The notes: generated from the sequence alone by a model not told the origin. A DNA stretch of 64,000 nt from Podarcis muralis (GCF_964188315.1 NC_135656.1:4650001-4714000), one strand, 5' to 3'; counted from the stretch's first letter, positions 1-13,102 are shown. Made by a program: numbers and translations.

Positions 1-681
1 TGGGGAAAGACAATATTATGTTTAGAAATGCGTCAATAAATAGAAATTTTTCGAAAGATTGACAGAGAAACTGAGGGAAGTAAAAAATTGAAGCATGAGT
101 GTAAAATAATTTGTTGACTGTATAAAACTTGTTTGGAAAATGAATAAAAATTATTTAAAAAATAATAATAGTTCTCAGCTGGGACTTGGGAGACCTGGGT
201 TCAAATCTCGATTGCAGTCATGGATATCGCTGGGTAGCCTAGGGCTGCTTCCAGACTGTTGCCATTTTGGGGTGGGATTCAGTCACATACCAGCATATTC
301 AGGCTGTGCAACGCAGGTTGGTTTGGTGCTCTCATGTGACAATCCTGGACTTTTTGCAATAAGGAAAGTGATGGGGAAATACAAGCTGGAAAGTGTGAGA
401 TCACAATTGCTTGACACAACATTGTCTATCCTTCCAGCAAACAAATATTCAATAAATAGTTGATGCGGTCCAAACCCCCTACAAACTTTGTGCAAACAGA
501 TCCGGATGAATGGTAAATAAGCAGGTTGTCCAGAAGCCATCTATTTCTTTGCCTTACGAGATTGAAAGGGCCAGGATGGGAGGCAACAATGTACCCCAAC
601 TCAAGAAATGCTTGAAGTGATGGAGGTGAGATTCTATCACTAGCAGTTGCACACACTGGTAAGAACCAGCAGCAGCCTCAC

Positions 682-918
682 CATCTCTTGGCTCCTTCGC
701 GGTGGTTTCCATGACTTCTCTCCCGTCACTGGCTTGTAATAGTAACTGCGCAGGGAACCAGAATCTATGTGTTGCTCCCAGGTGTCCAGCACCTGCAGTG
801 GGGGGCTGCGAGGGCTCGGGGGCATTCTTGCTGGTTGCTTCATCTCCTCCAGGTTGCAGTAAATTGGGGTCTTTTCCCCAACGGGATGGTGGGGAGGCAG
901 GTGAGTATCATCCAACAT
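682..918 (-). CDS. ARHGAP9: ARHGAP9 coding exon 3 (WW domain)
   Basis: Acceptor ctgacag|ATG at 918, donor ATG|gtgagg at 682; 237 nt, phase 0/0. Peptide PIYCNLEEM...WEQHIDSGSLRSYYYKPVTGEKSWKPPRRS matches the ARHGAP9 PVYCNL/WW/SWKPPRRS segment. Confidence 0.9.
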
Positions 919-1627
919 CTGTCAGAAGAAAACAGGGGTGCTCATTTTTTCATATATTAAGAGGAGGCAGTTTCTCCTCATTGTGGAATGCAGAACAAGT
1001 GAGGGGAAGCCTCCATAGCGTGGGATTTTTATGGCGAACCCAATAAAGAGCTCTGGATAACTTAACTTCAAAAAGAAACATTTTCCAATCCCCAAGATCA
1101 GGGTCGAGAAGAATGCAGATCTATGGATAGATATTTGGGTGATCGAGAAGATTTGAGGCCTCTCCCAACTGGTTAACAATAGCAGCAACAAAGGCCACAT
1201 CACACAATACATTTAAAGCAGTATCATACCACTTTAAATCATCATGGCTTCCCCCAAAGTATCCTGGGAGCTCTAACTTGTTAAGGGTGCAGAGACTTAT
1301 TAGAAGCCACCCTCTTCTCCTCCCAGAGCTACAATTTTTAGAGATCCTTGTGAAGAGGGATTGAATTTTAAACCACTCTGGAAATTGGAGCTCTGGGAAG
1401 GGAAGGTGTGTGTGGTTTTTTAACCCCACCCTTAACAAACTACAGCTCCCATCATTCTTTGGGGGTGTTTAAAATGACATCAAGGTGCTTTAAATGCATA
1501 GTGTGTATGTGGCAAAATTCACACACCCTGAATTATGCTGCCAAGATTTAAAAAGTTTTGGAGTAACCAGGAATGGATTTTTGTGCAGAAGGCTCCACTT
1601 AGTTCTGGTACTCAAAACTAATTCCTG

Positions 1628-4600
1628 AACTGATGAGGAACAGGAATTTATGGACAGTCCTATCACCCCAGAGGAAATAGATACGGTCCTCAAAAATTTG
1701 AAGCCACACAAAGCCCCAGACCCAGGCGGCTTCACAGCAGAATTCTATAGGAAATTCAAAGAACCCCTGATGCCCTACATGACCCGCCTATTCAATGACA
1801 TCATAAAGGGGGGGCATCCCCAAAACCTGGACCTACTCCAAAATAGTCTCCATCCCAAAACCACTGAAAGACAGCCTCAAAGTAGAATCATACCACCCAA
1901 TCTCATTATTAAACCAGGACTACAAGATATTCACATCAATCTTGGCCAACCGCCTAAAAATCTTCCTACACAAATTAATAGCCCCAGACCAGACTGGCTT
2001 TGTCCCTGGTCGCAATATAACAGACCCCATCAGGAAATTACTGAACCTGATCAAACACAGCAAGGCAACCAAACTCCCACTGAGAATTATGTCCCTAGAC
2101 ATCCTCAAAGCCTTTAATTGCTTAGAGTGGAAATACCTACTAGCAGTACTAACTAACATGAAATTTGGCCCCAACTTCCTACAAATTCTCAAACAAATAT
2201 ACTCCATAGCTGTCAAATTTCAGATTTGAAAATAAGGGATCAGCAGCCTCGAAAATAAGGGATCAGCAGCCTCACCTGTCCTGGTGACAGTCTATGGGAT
2301 ATCTAACAATCCGTGATAGCAGCGGAAGCAGCAGGAAACGGCGCTGGAATAAGGGAATTTCCCGCAAAAAAAGGGAAGGTTGACAGCTATGATATACTCC
2401 CAAGCCTCAGCAAAATGCAGGACTAACAATATGGATTCTGTATCATATAGATATAGAGTCCAAAGCAATCCAAAGAGGCACAAAACAAGGATGCCCACTG
2501 TCTCCCTTCTTATTCATCTTGACTACGGAACTTTTAGAAATCTGAATCCGAGCAGCCACAGACATCAAGGGAGTGGAAATAAAAAGGCAGAACCTATAAA
2601 TTAGGGCTCTTTGCAGATGACCTAATGGTCACAACACCAGACCCCATAAACACAGCAACCTCCCTAATCAGAGAACACAACACATTTGCAACTGTGTCGG
2701 GCCTACAGGTAAATTTTGCAAAATCGGAAGCTATGTGCTTCAACACCGCTCCTCGCACCCAAAAAGAACTCACCAACGTCACCAACATAAAACTTTGCCA
2801 CACCAAGGTCAGATACCTAGGGGTACAAATAACCAGAAACCTCAATAAATTATACCTCCACAAATACAACCCCTTGTGGTGACAAATTAACAAAGACCTA
2901 AAGAGATGAAACAACATAAACTTCACTTTCTCAAACAAATAGCCATGATCAAAATGATCACCCTTCCAAAACTAACCTACCTATTCCAAACCCTCCCAAC
3001 CTAGATTTCCCCCAACCCAACTCCGAAAATGGCAGGAAAAAACTACACTTCTCACACACAAAAACCAAGAATAAGCCCCAAATACCTGCACCTCCCCACC
3101 TCAGAAGGAGGATGGGGAATCCCCAACATAGAAGCATATTACATTGCCAACCAAATACACCATATAGTCCCATATATACTAGAAGATGAGACAAAACAAT
3201 GGATACACCTAGAGAGGGACACAATCGAAAATACCTGCACCACAACATATCCACTCCTCCCAAACTAAGGAAAATTCCCATAACACTTAACAGGTACACA
3301 CAGACCATGCTCAAAGCACGGAAAATAGAAATAGGCAAACTGTCCCCAACCCCATCCCCAGTAATTTCCCTGGCGTACCACTCATTATTCCATCACGCAG
3401 CACAAAACCTCCAGATAAAAACCTGACAAACCAAAGGCTTTTATCGTCTAATAGACTTCTATAAAAATAAAAAACCTTTGTCAACACAAGAAATACATGA
3501 CAAACTAAGAGACAACCAAATGCACTGGTTAACACACCACCAATTACACGCCCTCTTAAACAATCCAGTAGTAAAATCAGCAGCAACTAGGCCCCTGACA
3601 ACCTTCAAAAACCTCCTCCTAGCAACAAAGGGACACAGCAAAGGGATGGTTTCTGCAATATACAAAATACTACTCCAAAACCCCATGAACCTCCTAGACG
3701 TAATCAAAAAACAATGGGAGGAAGACATAGGCTATGAGATTAACTCCACTCAGTGGACCAGAATGTGGTCTAAACCCTGCCTTTAAATCCATATCAAGGA
3801 AAAGGAAAGAACTCACTCTAAAACTCACCTACAGGTGGTACCTAACACCAAGGAAATTAGCGCTAATTCACCCAGGAACCTCACCAAAATGCTGGAGAGG
3901 GTGTACCTCCACAGGCACATACCTCCACATGTGGTGGGAGTGTCCCAAAATCCAACTATTCTGGACAACAGCCATAAAAGAAATATGCAAAATAACTAAG
4001 CAAGTATTAGAAATAACCCCAGAACTGGCCCTACTAAACATCTTCCAAGACAATAATGCCCACTCACTTCACAAAGAACTCATAACCCACCTGCTCTCAG
4101 CAACCAGAAACATCATAACCAGACACTGGAGAGACCTGTCAGGAGTAAGCATGGACCAATGGTACCAAATAGCATGGGAAACAGCTCTACTAGAAAAATT
4201 AACCAATAAACTGAATCTGACACAGGGACAAATAGAAGAAGATGCCTATACCCCGGGGAAGGCTCCCCTTTATCACATACACAACCCAACAAGACAATGA
4301 CAAGAATCCACCAACAGCATACAAATCAATATGGCTAACCTGATTCAAAAACACCCACCCACCCCACTCACACACGAAAACAAAGTTCACCACAGCCAAC
4401 CACAATTGAACAATCACACCCAACCTCTCTCAACACCAAAATAACACAAGTGAATAGCAAAGAGAACCTGCACAAGCGACACAAAACCCCACACATACAT
4501 TAAGTAAAATAGAAACATCGCTACCCGACCCCACCCCCACCCCCCAGGGCCCCCTCCACCTTTCCCCCTTTTTCTTCTTAATGTAACACTAATGTCTCGG

Positions 4601-4702
4601 TAAATGAAACAGATCTGTAGAAAATGTAACTTGAAAAAAGAGACATTGCACATACTTTTGTAAACCAAGAAATCTTTAATAAAAACACATTTAAAAAAAA
4701 CA
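1628..4702 (+). mobile_element. 5'-truncated L1-clade LINE (RT domain and C-terminal CCHC), frameshifted
   Basis: ORF2 motifs KAPDPGGFTAEFY, DQTGFVPGR, GTKQGCPLSP, FADD, KCWRGC..HMWWEC; A-rich tail; 14-bp TSD AAAACTAATTCCTG at 1614-1627 and 4703-4716. Confidence 0.92.
2205..2391. mobile_element. hAT-type MITE nested in the L1
   Basis: 12-bp TIRs CATAGCTGTCAA/TTGACAGCTATG; 8-bp TSD ATATACTC (2197-2204, 2392-2399). Removing it restores the L1 frame KQIYSQASAK. Confidence 0.9.
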
Positions 4703-5262
4703 AAAACTAATTCCTGGGATCAGAATGCTTTAATTCTAAGGGTATGGTTTTTATACCAGGTCCTACAAGCCTGAAACCTGCCTGTCCTGGTCCCAGATCA
4801 CGAGCTGTGTCCTCCTGACCTAAGGCAAGTGACATATGGGGCACCAGAACCCTTCTCAGATTTTTGAAAATACTGTTTTTATCTTCTTTTTAAATGTTTG
4901 TTTTAATATTGCATTGATGTTTGACTTTTTTTGAACCACACTGGAGTCCATGTGGAGACTTTAAAAAGATGAAGGTGCAGTTTAGACGTTTTCATAATGA
5001 ATAAATGATCCTACTCTTCAGCAACACCAACTAATCATGGGACACAGCCATTGCGAAGACACAGCCGTTCAGCGGATACTGCAACAGAGCAGCCACCTTG
5101 CCTCGATCATAGGAACGAACTGACCATGTAATCACCTGCCATATCTAGGTCTGTAATCCTCAGACGTCTCCAATCTGGAGTGTACATTCATCCCCATCCT
5201 ACAACGTGGAGCCTTTTACTAATAGCGGAAATATTTTTACCCCACCTAATAACCAAAGTTAC

Positions 5263-5603
5263 CCAGAGTCCCATGGACTGCAAGAAGATCAAACCTATCC
5301 ATTCTGAAGGAAATCAGCCCTCAGTGCTCACTGGAAGGACAGATCGTGAAGCTGAGGCTCCAAGACTTTGGCCACCTCATGAGAAGAGAAGACTCCCTGG
5401 AAAAGACCCTGATGTTGGGAAAGATGGAGGGCACAAGGAGAAGGGGACAACAGAGGACGAGATGGTTGGATAGTGTTCTCAAAGCTACCAGCATGAGTTT
5501 GACCAAATTGTGGGAGGCAGTGGAAGACAGGAGTGCCTGGCGTGCTCTGGTCCATGGGGTCACGAAGAGTCGGACACGGCTAAATGACTGAACAACAACA
5601 ACA
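5263..5603 (+). mobile_element. BovB (RTE) LINE 3' fragment
   Basis: KLRLQDFGHLMRREDSLEKTLMLGK...VHGVTKSRTRLND followed by a (CAA)n tail. Confidence 0.9.
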
Positions 5604-6369
5604 ACCCCCATTTTCCCCTCAAAATGCAACTAAATTTGAGAAGTACGTGTGGACGGCCAGAGCCGTGGGCTGGAGTCACACAAGTTGGAGTCACACCAAT
5701 CCTACCACGCCCCTAACCCCAACAGAATCCACCTGGACCCCCATCCATGGACCATCACAAACTCTGCCCCGTTCCAGAGAGGTCCTAAGCCTTGACTTTG
5801 CTGGAGAGGCCCTTCTCAATCTTCCCTCCACCCACCCATTGCTCAAGAGGAAGCTGAAAACACTTGCTTCATTGCTGGGCTTTCCAATGATTCCTTTCGC
5901 AGTTCAGAGAGCCTCTGCTCTCCACAACGGCTCCTTTTGCTCTGCGTATGCCTCCCCCAAGCGCTTTCCCTGTTTGACCACCCTCCCTCCCAAACTGCCT
6001 GTTCCAAAGGCCTTTGCTGATGCCCACCTCCCCACAGTGAGCTGCAACCCGGCCCCAGCTCCCCCTCCCGGGCCAGTACTCACTGCTGTAGTGCCTGGTT
6101 GAGGAGTGCAGCTCAGAGGCACACCCTGAGGCGCTGAGAGCCCTCCCACTGGCTTCCCCCACTTCCTGTGTGGGCAAGACCAGCAGCCTCCCAGGGAAAG
6201 GGCCAAAAGGGGAAGTGGGTGCAGCATGCTCAGATGTGCGCTGCTGTGACCACCCAGGAATCTAACACTATCCTGGTAGTCGATGGTTCAGTCCGTAGGT
6301 CCTGTGCTGATTCTATGAAACAAACACCTCCAGTTCTCTGATTCTATGAAACAAACACCTCCTTCTTTT

Positions 6370-6502
6370 CGGTAGAGCATGAGACTCTTAAGCTCAAGGT
6401 TATGGGTTCCAGCCCCACATTGGGCAAAAGATTCCTGCATTGCAGGGGGTTGGACTGGATGACCCTCGGGGTCCCTTCCATCTCTACGATTCTGTGATTC
6501 TA
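6370..6502 (+). mobile_element. tRNA-derived SINE with CR1-like tail
   Basis: tRNA-Lys-like head GTAGAGCATGAGACTCTTAA..GGGTTCCAGCCCCAC; CR1 3' end GGTTGGACTGGATGACC..TTCT(A/G)(C/T)GATTCT. Confidence 0.75.
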
Positions 6503-6635
6503 TTATTCAATTCATACTCTGTGATTCTAATAGGTTTCTTTTTGGTTAAGCAGCATATAAAGCTTATTAAATAGATATAAGTGTGCAGTTAAAAGTCTGC
6601 CTCAACCCTAGTGCAGGGGTATTTTACCATTTAGA

Positions 6636-6846
6636 GATACCTCGGGTTACATACACTTCAGGTTACAGTCTCCGCTAACCCAGAAACAGTACCTCGGGCT
6701 AAGAACTTTGCTTCAGGATGAGAACAGAAATTGTGCAGTGGCAGCGGGAGGCCCCATTAGCTAAAGTGGTGCTTCAAGTTAAGAACAGTTTCAGGTTAAG
6801 AACGGACCTCCGGAGCGAATTAAGTTCTTAACCCGAGGTACCACTG
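6636..6846. mobile_element. Tc1/Mariner-type MITE, family A (partial left TIR)
   Basis: Right TIR TAACCCGAGGTACCACTG followed by TA; interior matches the copies at 25556 and 30910. Confidence 0.8.
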
Positions 6847-7709
6847 TATTCTCTTGTTTGAGACACTGGCCAATCCTTCCTTAGTAATTAGTAAGGGACA
6901 CTGAATGGAAACCCTGAAACTGCTTTTTACTGTACAAACTGCTGACTAGGCCTACATGTACCATGCTGCTGCTGCTGCTGCTGCAACCACAACTGTGGTT
7001 TCTGTTTGCTTAAAAGTAAGGACCGGAAAGCGGTAGGGAAAGGATTAACCCTTTCCTCCCCAGCTGAGAGCCCAACAAAAATCCCCCCCCCACCTGTCCT
7101 GCCCACCACAATTAGTGATAAAAAAAAACCCTAGTAGTAGCAGGAGAAGTGGGATTTTCACTGGGATTGCAGCTGAGGAGCAGGATGGCCACATGTCCTT
7201 CTTCTTTATAGACCAGAGGGAGGAAATATTTTTCAGCCTGAGACCCAGGGCTGTGCAGGATGTGGGCAGCCAGGTACACTTGCCCAGGCCTCAGAGGGCT
7301 AAGTCAGCCGGGGGGGGGGGTTGCAGCACCAAGAACCAGCTGCTTTTTCGTTTGACTTTCTATTATAACGAGATATGATAGCCATCTCCCAACGTCTAAA
7401 GGGCTGTCCCATGGAAGATGGAGGAAGCTTGCTTTCTCCTGCTCTGGAGGGCAGGACTCGAACCAATGGCTTCTAGTTACAAGAAAGGAGATTCCAACAA
7501 AACAACAGGAATAACTTCCTGACAGTAAGAAATGTTCTGGTCCCAGAGCTGGGTGGGTCCAGAAGCAAAAGCAGGGGCAGCAAGTAATGTAAATTTTACC
7601 TTTCCCCCTTTTTTAAAAGCATGCTTGTTTCTGCACAAATTCGCACGCCCTTCTCTTCCCTCCATCCAGGCCTGCAAGGGTTGAAGGACACAGCCAAGCC
7701 AAAACACAT

Positions 7710-7711
<2 letters not shown>

Positions 7712-7740
<29 letters not shown>
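7712..7740. repeat. (GT)n microsatellite
   Basis: Direct reading. Confidence 0.95.
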
Positions 7741-7743
<3 letters not shown>

Positions 7744-8218
7744 ACAAAGCAGGGCTTGTGAGGGGTGTGGCTTAGGGACAATCCCAAGGTTCCCCACATG
7801 TCATAGAGGACATTACTCTGTTTGAAGAACTGTCTAGTCGGGGTTGTCAACCTGGTCCCTCCCACCCACCAGTGGGCGTTTCAGGATTCTAGGTGGGCGG
7901 CAGGGGGTTCTACGGCACAAGCTGAATCCTCCTTCCATCGAGCACCGGCGGGCAGTAAGGAAATTTTACCATCAAGAAAGATGCGTTAGTGTGCAGTAGG
8001 TATAAAAGGTTGACTACCCCTGGACTAGTCCATGTCTGGGTTAAAGATGGTTAAAGCCATCAGAAGGGAGTGAAGGGTCTGCCATCCAATGGAGGGCTCA
8101 GGGGACAGGAGGGGTCTGAGGCCTTGAAGCTCTGCTTCTGAGTTCACATAGTTATTCCCCACACCTCACACACCTTAATTATGTGAAAAGGTTTGAGACA
8201 GGATGGAGGCCACCTTAC

Positions 8219-8415
8219 CTGCTCCCCTGAACTCTGCTCCTGCCTTGCGTCACCAGTTTGGGACAAGCCGCATGTGCTGTGACTCCTGCCCAGAGACGAG
8301 GGACGGGAACGCAGAGGGAGGCTGTGGCAGGACATGAGGCCGATGTGGTGGAAAGGCGAGGGGTGTGGTTCCATGCAGAGGTCTACCAGAGAGTAAGACA
8401 GCACTTCCAAGTGAG
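8219..8415 (-). CDS. ARHGAP9: ARHGAP9 coding exon 2 (linker)
   Basis: Acceptor ccttctag|CT at 8415, donor CAG|gtaagg at 8219; 197 nt, phase 1 in and phase 0 out, bridging the flanking exons exactly. Weak similarity only (GRSHS vs human GRSLS). Confidence 0.75.
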
Positions 8416-9806
8416 CTAGAAGGATGAGGGAAATTGCAGGATCAGAAACACATGACAAGGTTGGGTGCTGGGGGACAGGTGCTGCTGTTCACAGGTCTGT
8501 GACTGGGGGCTTTCCACCTTTGCAGTTGGAGGCAGTTCCCTATGAAGACCAGTTGTTAGGAAGCACAAGTGGCAAGAGAGATGCTGCCCTCATGTCGTGC
8601 TTGTGGACTTCCTAGTTCTAGCCACAAAGTTCCCTTATGCTAGCATGTGCACACATAGTCTCTCAGGAGAGCATGCCTAATGTGTCCCATCAGCCGCCTA
8701 TTGCAGGACTGGGCCCAATAGCCATCAACGGGTCAACATTCTTCCAGTCAAGGCTCCAACCAGGAATCTCTTGTGGTGATCTACCAGAGGCTGCAGAGAA
8801 GAGGAGGAGGGGGTAGGAACAGCGTTGTCCTCCCTGGTTCTGTTGTGATTTCACTTCTCCCTCCACCCCACTGCTTGGGAGGCCATTGGTTCCTTGTGAC
8901 CTAAACTGAGCTATCAATGCTTCCTGCTCAGGGTCTTTGGTGGAACAATCATCAGATTCTCTATCTCCATGTTGCAGCCAATGTGAGACGTAATACGGAA
9001 ACAAACCATTGGTCCAGCTGTCTTCAGCCTTGGTTTCCCAGATGTTGTTGGGATACTACTCCCATCATCTCTGACCATTGCCTAGGCTGATTGAAATAAT
9101 GGGGGAAGAGCTCTGGTCTCTAGTGGCTGGCAGTGGCTCTCAGGGGTTTCAGACAGGGATCTTGCACAGCCCCACCTGGGGACTGAACCCAGAACCTTTT
9201 GCAGACAAAGCCTGGGCACTCTCACCAAGCCACAGCCCTGGCTGCTCCCCTCACAGTCCGCTGGCCTCCCTGTCCACTTGCCTGTCCTTCTGCTTGTTCC
9301 TGGTTGCCTCTTCCCACATGAGCCTGCCCATATATTGAGGCCCCAGGATGGTGCCCTCCAGATGCATTGGACTCCAGCTCCCATCACCCCAGAGAGTAGG
9401 GCTTCTCAGGAGAGCAATGCCATGGCTGTGGGGAATGTGTGATTGCTTTACAGTCCTCGCTTGGAAGGTCCTGCAAACCACCCCAATAAGGGTGACAGTC
9501 CTCTTTTAAAGGTGTGTCAGAGGAGAGTCCTCTCTTTTAAGGTGCCCTTTATGTGACTGTCCAGTCCAAGTCTAGCTTAAATATAAAGGCCAATAAGAAG
9601 GGAGAGCAAGGGCCTAAAATTTCCCATTGCCAACAACACTTGGGCAGCTGAATGGGTAGACACACAGGTCATCTGGTCAAATTTTTCCCCACTATGGTGA
9701 GATGTGTTGCATTTCTATTTAAATTCTAGCAGTTTTGTCTACAATATGTCTACAACTGGCATGCCAGCCTGGCTTCTCATTGTTTGGTCCTGCCCCAAAA
9801 ACTCAC

Positions 9807-10149
9807 CAGTGCCACCATCTTGCTCTGCGTTGATGCCAGGATGCTGTGTAGCATTTTCTAGGTGGGCTGTCCTTGTGCCAGGGGGCACTTCAATCATGTA
9901 GGTGGCAGGCACAAAGATGGGTCGCTTCTGCTTGGGCTGACCAAGCCGTCGCACCTGCCACCAGTCCTCATTGGCCTTGTGCATAAGCTGGAAGATCTCG
10001 CCTTCTTCAATGGTCACCTGCCTCCCATCCTCAGACTTATACTGGTAGTTGTAGAGGGCCTGCAGCATAACAGTGCCAGAGGGATTGTCCAGCGATGGTG
10101 CGCTCTGGCGGAGGTGGAACCCTTCCAGTAGCCGCCGTCCTGCAAGCAT
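9807..10149 (-). CDS. ARHGAP9: ARHGAP9 first coding exon (SH3 domain)
   Basis: ATG at 10149 (MLAGRR...), SH3 motifs ALYNY..EGEIF..DWWQVRRL..PIFVPATYMIE; donor ACTG|gtgagt at 9807 (343 nt, phase 1); exon acceptor ttcatag|G at 10215. Confidence 0.88.
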
Positions 10150-10929
10150 CTCATCAGAACAGGATAGCCGTGAAGAGTCAGGGACTGCGTGCCAGAAGGA
10201 GCTCTGAGTTGTCACCTATGAAGGGGCACAACACTGAGAGGCTGAACACACAAATAGAAATATACCTTTTAGAGCAGAGAAGATGCCAGTCCGCTTAGGC
10301 ACATCTGCTGTAATCAACTGGTTGAATCATCATATACATGATGAAATATTAGTGTACTAAGAATGTGGAACACAGGAAGCGGGCCAATCCACCATTGGTC
10401 CATCTAGCTCAGGATAACTACACTGACTGTCAGGGGCTCTCTGGGGTTGGAGGCAGGACATTCTGTTCTGTCCCAGCCCTTCCTGAAGATGCCTGCGAAT
10501 GACTTTCTGCCTGCAAAGCAGATGCTCTATCACTAGTGATGGGTGGCTCTGTCCATTTTGGTTTCTCTCTCTCATTTTTCCCATCTTAAGTTCAGTTCTC
10601 TACATTCCCACATTAGTTTGTAATTTTGTAAAAAAATGAAAAAGTCCTCAAGAAAATCCACCAGCATTTTAGTGTTAATTTCCTCCTATTATACACCTGT
10701 TTGTATGCAATTTTGCAATGCAATTTCCCCTATAATTCTAGTATGCTTTTTTCACTAACGTGCATTTTAGCCCAGTATATGCATTCTTGTGCACACTAGT
10801 TGGCTGGAGTACTGCATTGCAAAATTCAGGGAAGTGCAAATTTCAAAGAAAGTCTGTGTTTCAGTTCTCAGATTATTTCAGAAAGTGCAAATTAAGTAGG
10901 TTCAAGCTGAGTTGAAATTCTCCCCATCC

Positions 10930-10972
<43 letters not shown>
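10930..10972. repeat. (ATT)n microsatellite
   Basis: Direct reading. Confidence 0.95.
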
Positions 10973-12535
10973 GACAAGCCCTTAGTTTTGCAGGAAAGGA
11001 CAGGAAATTCCTAGCAACCATTGGATTATAAGTCCAGGCTTTTCTTCCTAGTGCTACAAAAGTCATAATATACATACACTGGCAATGAATTCCATAATTT
11101 AAATATGCATTGAAGATTAGGCCTTTCCCTCTTGGAGTTAGTCCTCCTCCTCTGTCCCAAAACATCTTGTTTATTCATTACATTTATATCCCACTCTTCC
11201 TCTATAGAGGTTGTGGTTCCCTCCCCATTTTATCCTCCCAACCATCCTATGGTGAGGCTGAGACACAACACTTAGGTCCATCCACACTTCTTCTTGACCC
11301 TAGCTTTGTAGGCATGGGTCCAAGCAGTGGCCAGGATGATGGGAGCAACATATGGAGCACCACAGGTTTCCCACACCTCTCTAACCGCTACACCTACGCC
11401 AAGCCACACACAATTGCTAACAGTATATTATTTCAATGGTCAGTTTACTTGCTTTTGAGATCTTTCTGCCTTGGCAAAAAAACGAAAACAAAAAACCCTG
11501 AACCATATCATAGCCACCACTGCATGTACACCAGACATTTAAAGCACATTACTGCCCTCCCCACAGAGCTATAATTCCCAACATCCTTAAAAAACTACAG
11601 TTCCCAGGATTCTACAGGGGAAGTATTGTGCTTCAAATGCATTGTACGGACGCAGCTGAGAGAGAACCAAGCAGGGAAAAGACAGTCCTGTGGCTCAGGA
11701 AGTGAGAATCGGATCTTCCTCCTCTACTGCAAACAAAGGGCTTCTCACGGACATGCTGCAACATGTGCCTTGTAGCTGGGAGTCTGTGGTTTCATTAGGG
11801 GCCGGTACATATGGCTTTCAGAATGCTGCTCAGACTGGAGAAGAAGGTAGCAGTGTCCCCACCAACTCCAGAAGTGTGACCTTTGTGCTTTCCAGTTTGC
11901 CTGGCCCTGGAAAAGCGAAAGTTGCAGGAGTGTCCAAGCAGCTGTTGCAAGAGGAAGCAATGCTGCTCTCGCAACTCATTGCAGAGAGTGAGTGCACAGC
12001 CATACAAAGCAGACTATGTTCCCAGTGGGATTTGCTCAGCTCATAAAAACCATCACAGGGAGGCAGTTTCTAGAGCCCCAGACTCTCAAACAAACTAAGC
12101 TGACTTGTCTTCGTCTCGGTCCCCTTGGAATTCCTCACTATTCTTCTTGTCAGCATCTCTCCAACATGACCTTCAAGGTACAAGATCCTTGTACCTTGTT
12201 CTTCGTAGGTACATGTTCTTCGTAGACCAATCTATGCATATTCCATCTAGATGAGGAGTGGTCACCCTGGAAATTGCACAGGGCAGCTGTGCAGCCTGTC
12301 CTGAGCCTGCCTGCCTGCCTACCTGAGGGAAGCCAGTGTGCGTGGTGGGGGCAGCTGGCCACAGATGGCAACCGAAGGCCTCCTTCCCTTACTCTGGCAG
12401 CAGCCCTGAGCAATTTCTGAGCAGCAGCTCCGAGCAAGGTGAAGTCAATCTATTTATTTATTTATTCCACAGTGACCCACATAAATGTCACGTGCAAGTG
12501 GGATGCACGTGCGCAGGTGGGGCAGTGATTGATAG

Positions 12536-13043
12536 ATGTTGTTGTTGTTGTTTAGTCGTTTAGTCGTGTCCGCCTCTTCGTGACCCCATGGACCAGAGCA
12601 CTCCAGGCACTCCTGTCTTCCACCACCTCCCGCAGTTTGGTCAGGCTCATATTTGTAGCTTCGAGAACACTGCCCAACCATCTCGTCCTCTGTCGTTCCC
12701 TTCTCCTTGTGCCCTCAATCTTTCCCAACATCAGGGTCCTTTCCAGGGAGTCTTCTCTTCTCATGAGGTGGCCAAAGTACTGGAGTCTCAGCTTCACGAT
12801 CTGTCCTTCCAGTAAGCACTCAGGGCTGATTTCCTTAAGAATGGATAGGTTTGATCTTCTTGAGGTCCATGGGACTCTCAAGAGCCTCCTCCAGCACCAT
12901 AATTCAAAAGCATCAATTCTTCGGCGATCAGCCTTCTTTATGGTCCAGCTCTCACTTCCATACATCACTACTGGGAAAACCATGGCTTTAACTATACGGA
13001 CCTCTGTTGGCAAGGTGATGTCTCTGCTTTTTAAGATGCTGAG
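12536..13043 (-). mobile_element. BovB (RTE) LINE 3' fragment
   Basis: Minus-strand ORF ILKSRDITLPTEVRIVKAMVFPVVMYGSESW...RTRLND; (TTG)n tail at 12536; abuts a (GATA)n tract. Confidence 0.9.
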
Positions 13044-13057
13044 ATAGATAGATAGAT

Positions 13058-13100
<43 letters not shown>
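13042..13100. repeat. (GATA)n microsatellite
   Basis: Direct reading. Confidence 0.95.

Positions 13101-13102
<2 letters not shown>

Noticed and set aside
291-344. Possible next ARHGAP9 exon (54 nt, DCHMRAPNQPALHSLNML) with donor CTG|gtatgt
   Set aside because: Phase-compatible, but the acceptor is weak and there is no recognisable similarity to ARHGAP9.
6370-6430. tRNA-Lys-like sequence (also tRNA-like at 13876 and 40236)
   Set aside because: Degenerate and fused to LINE-derived tails; these are SINE heads, not tRNA genes.
8690-9004. 104-aa minus-strand ORF inside ARHGAP9 intron
   Set aside because: No convincing splice pair or homology; exons 9807 and 8415 already join in phase.
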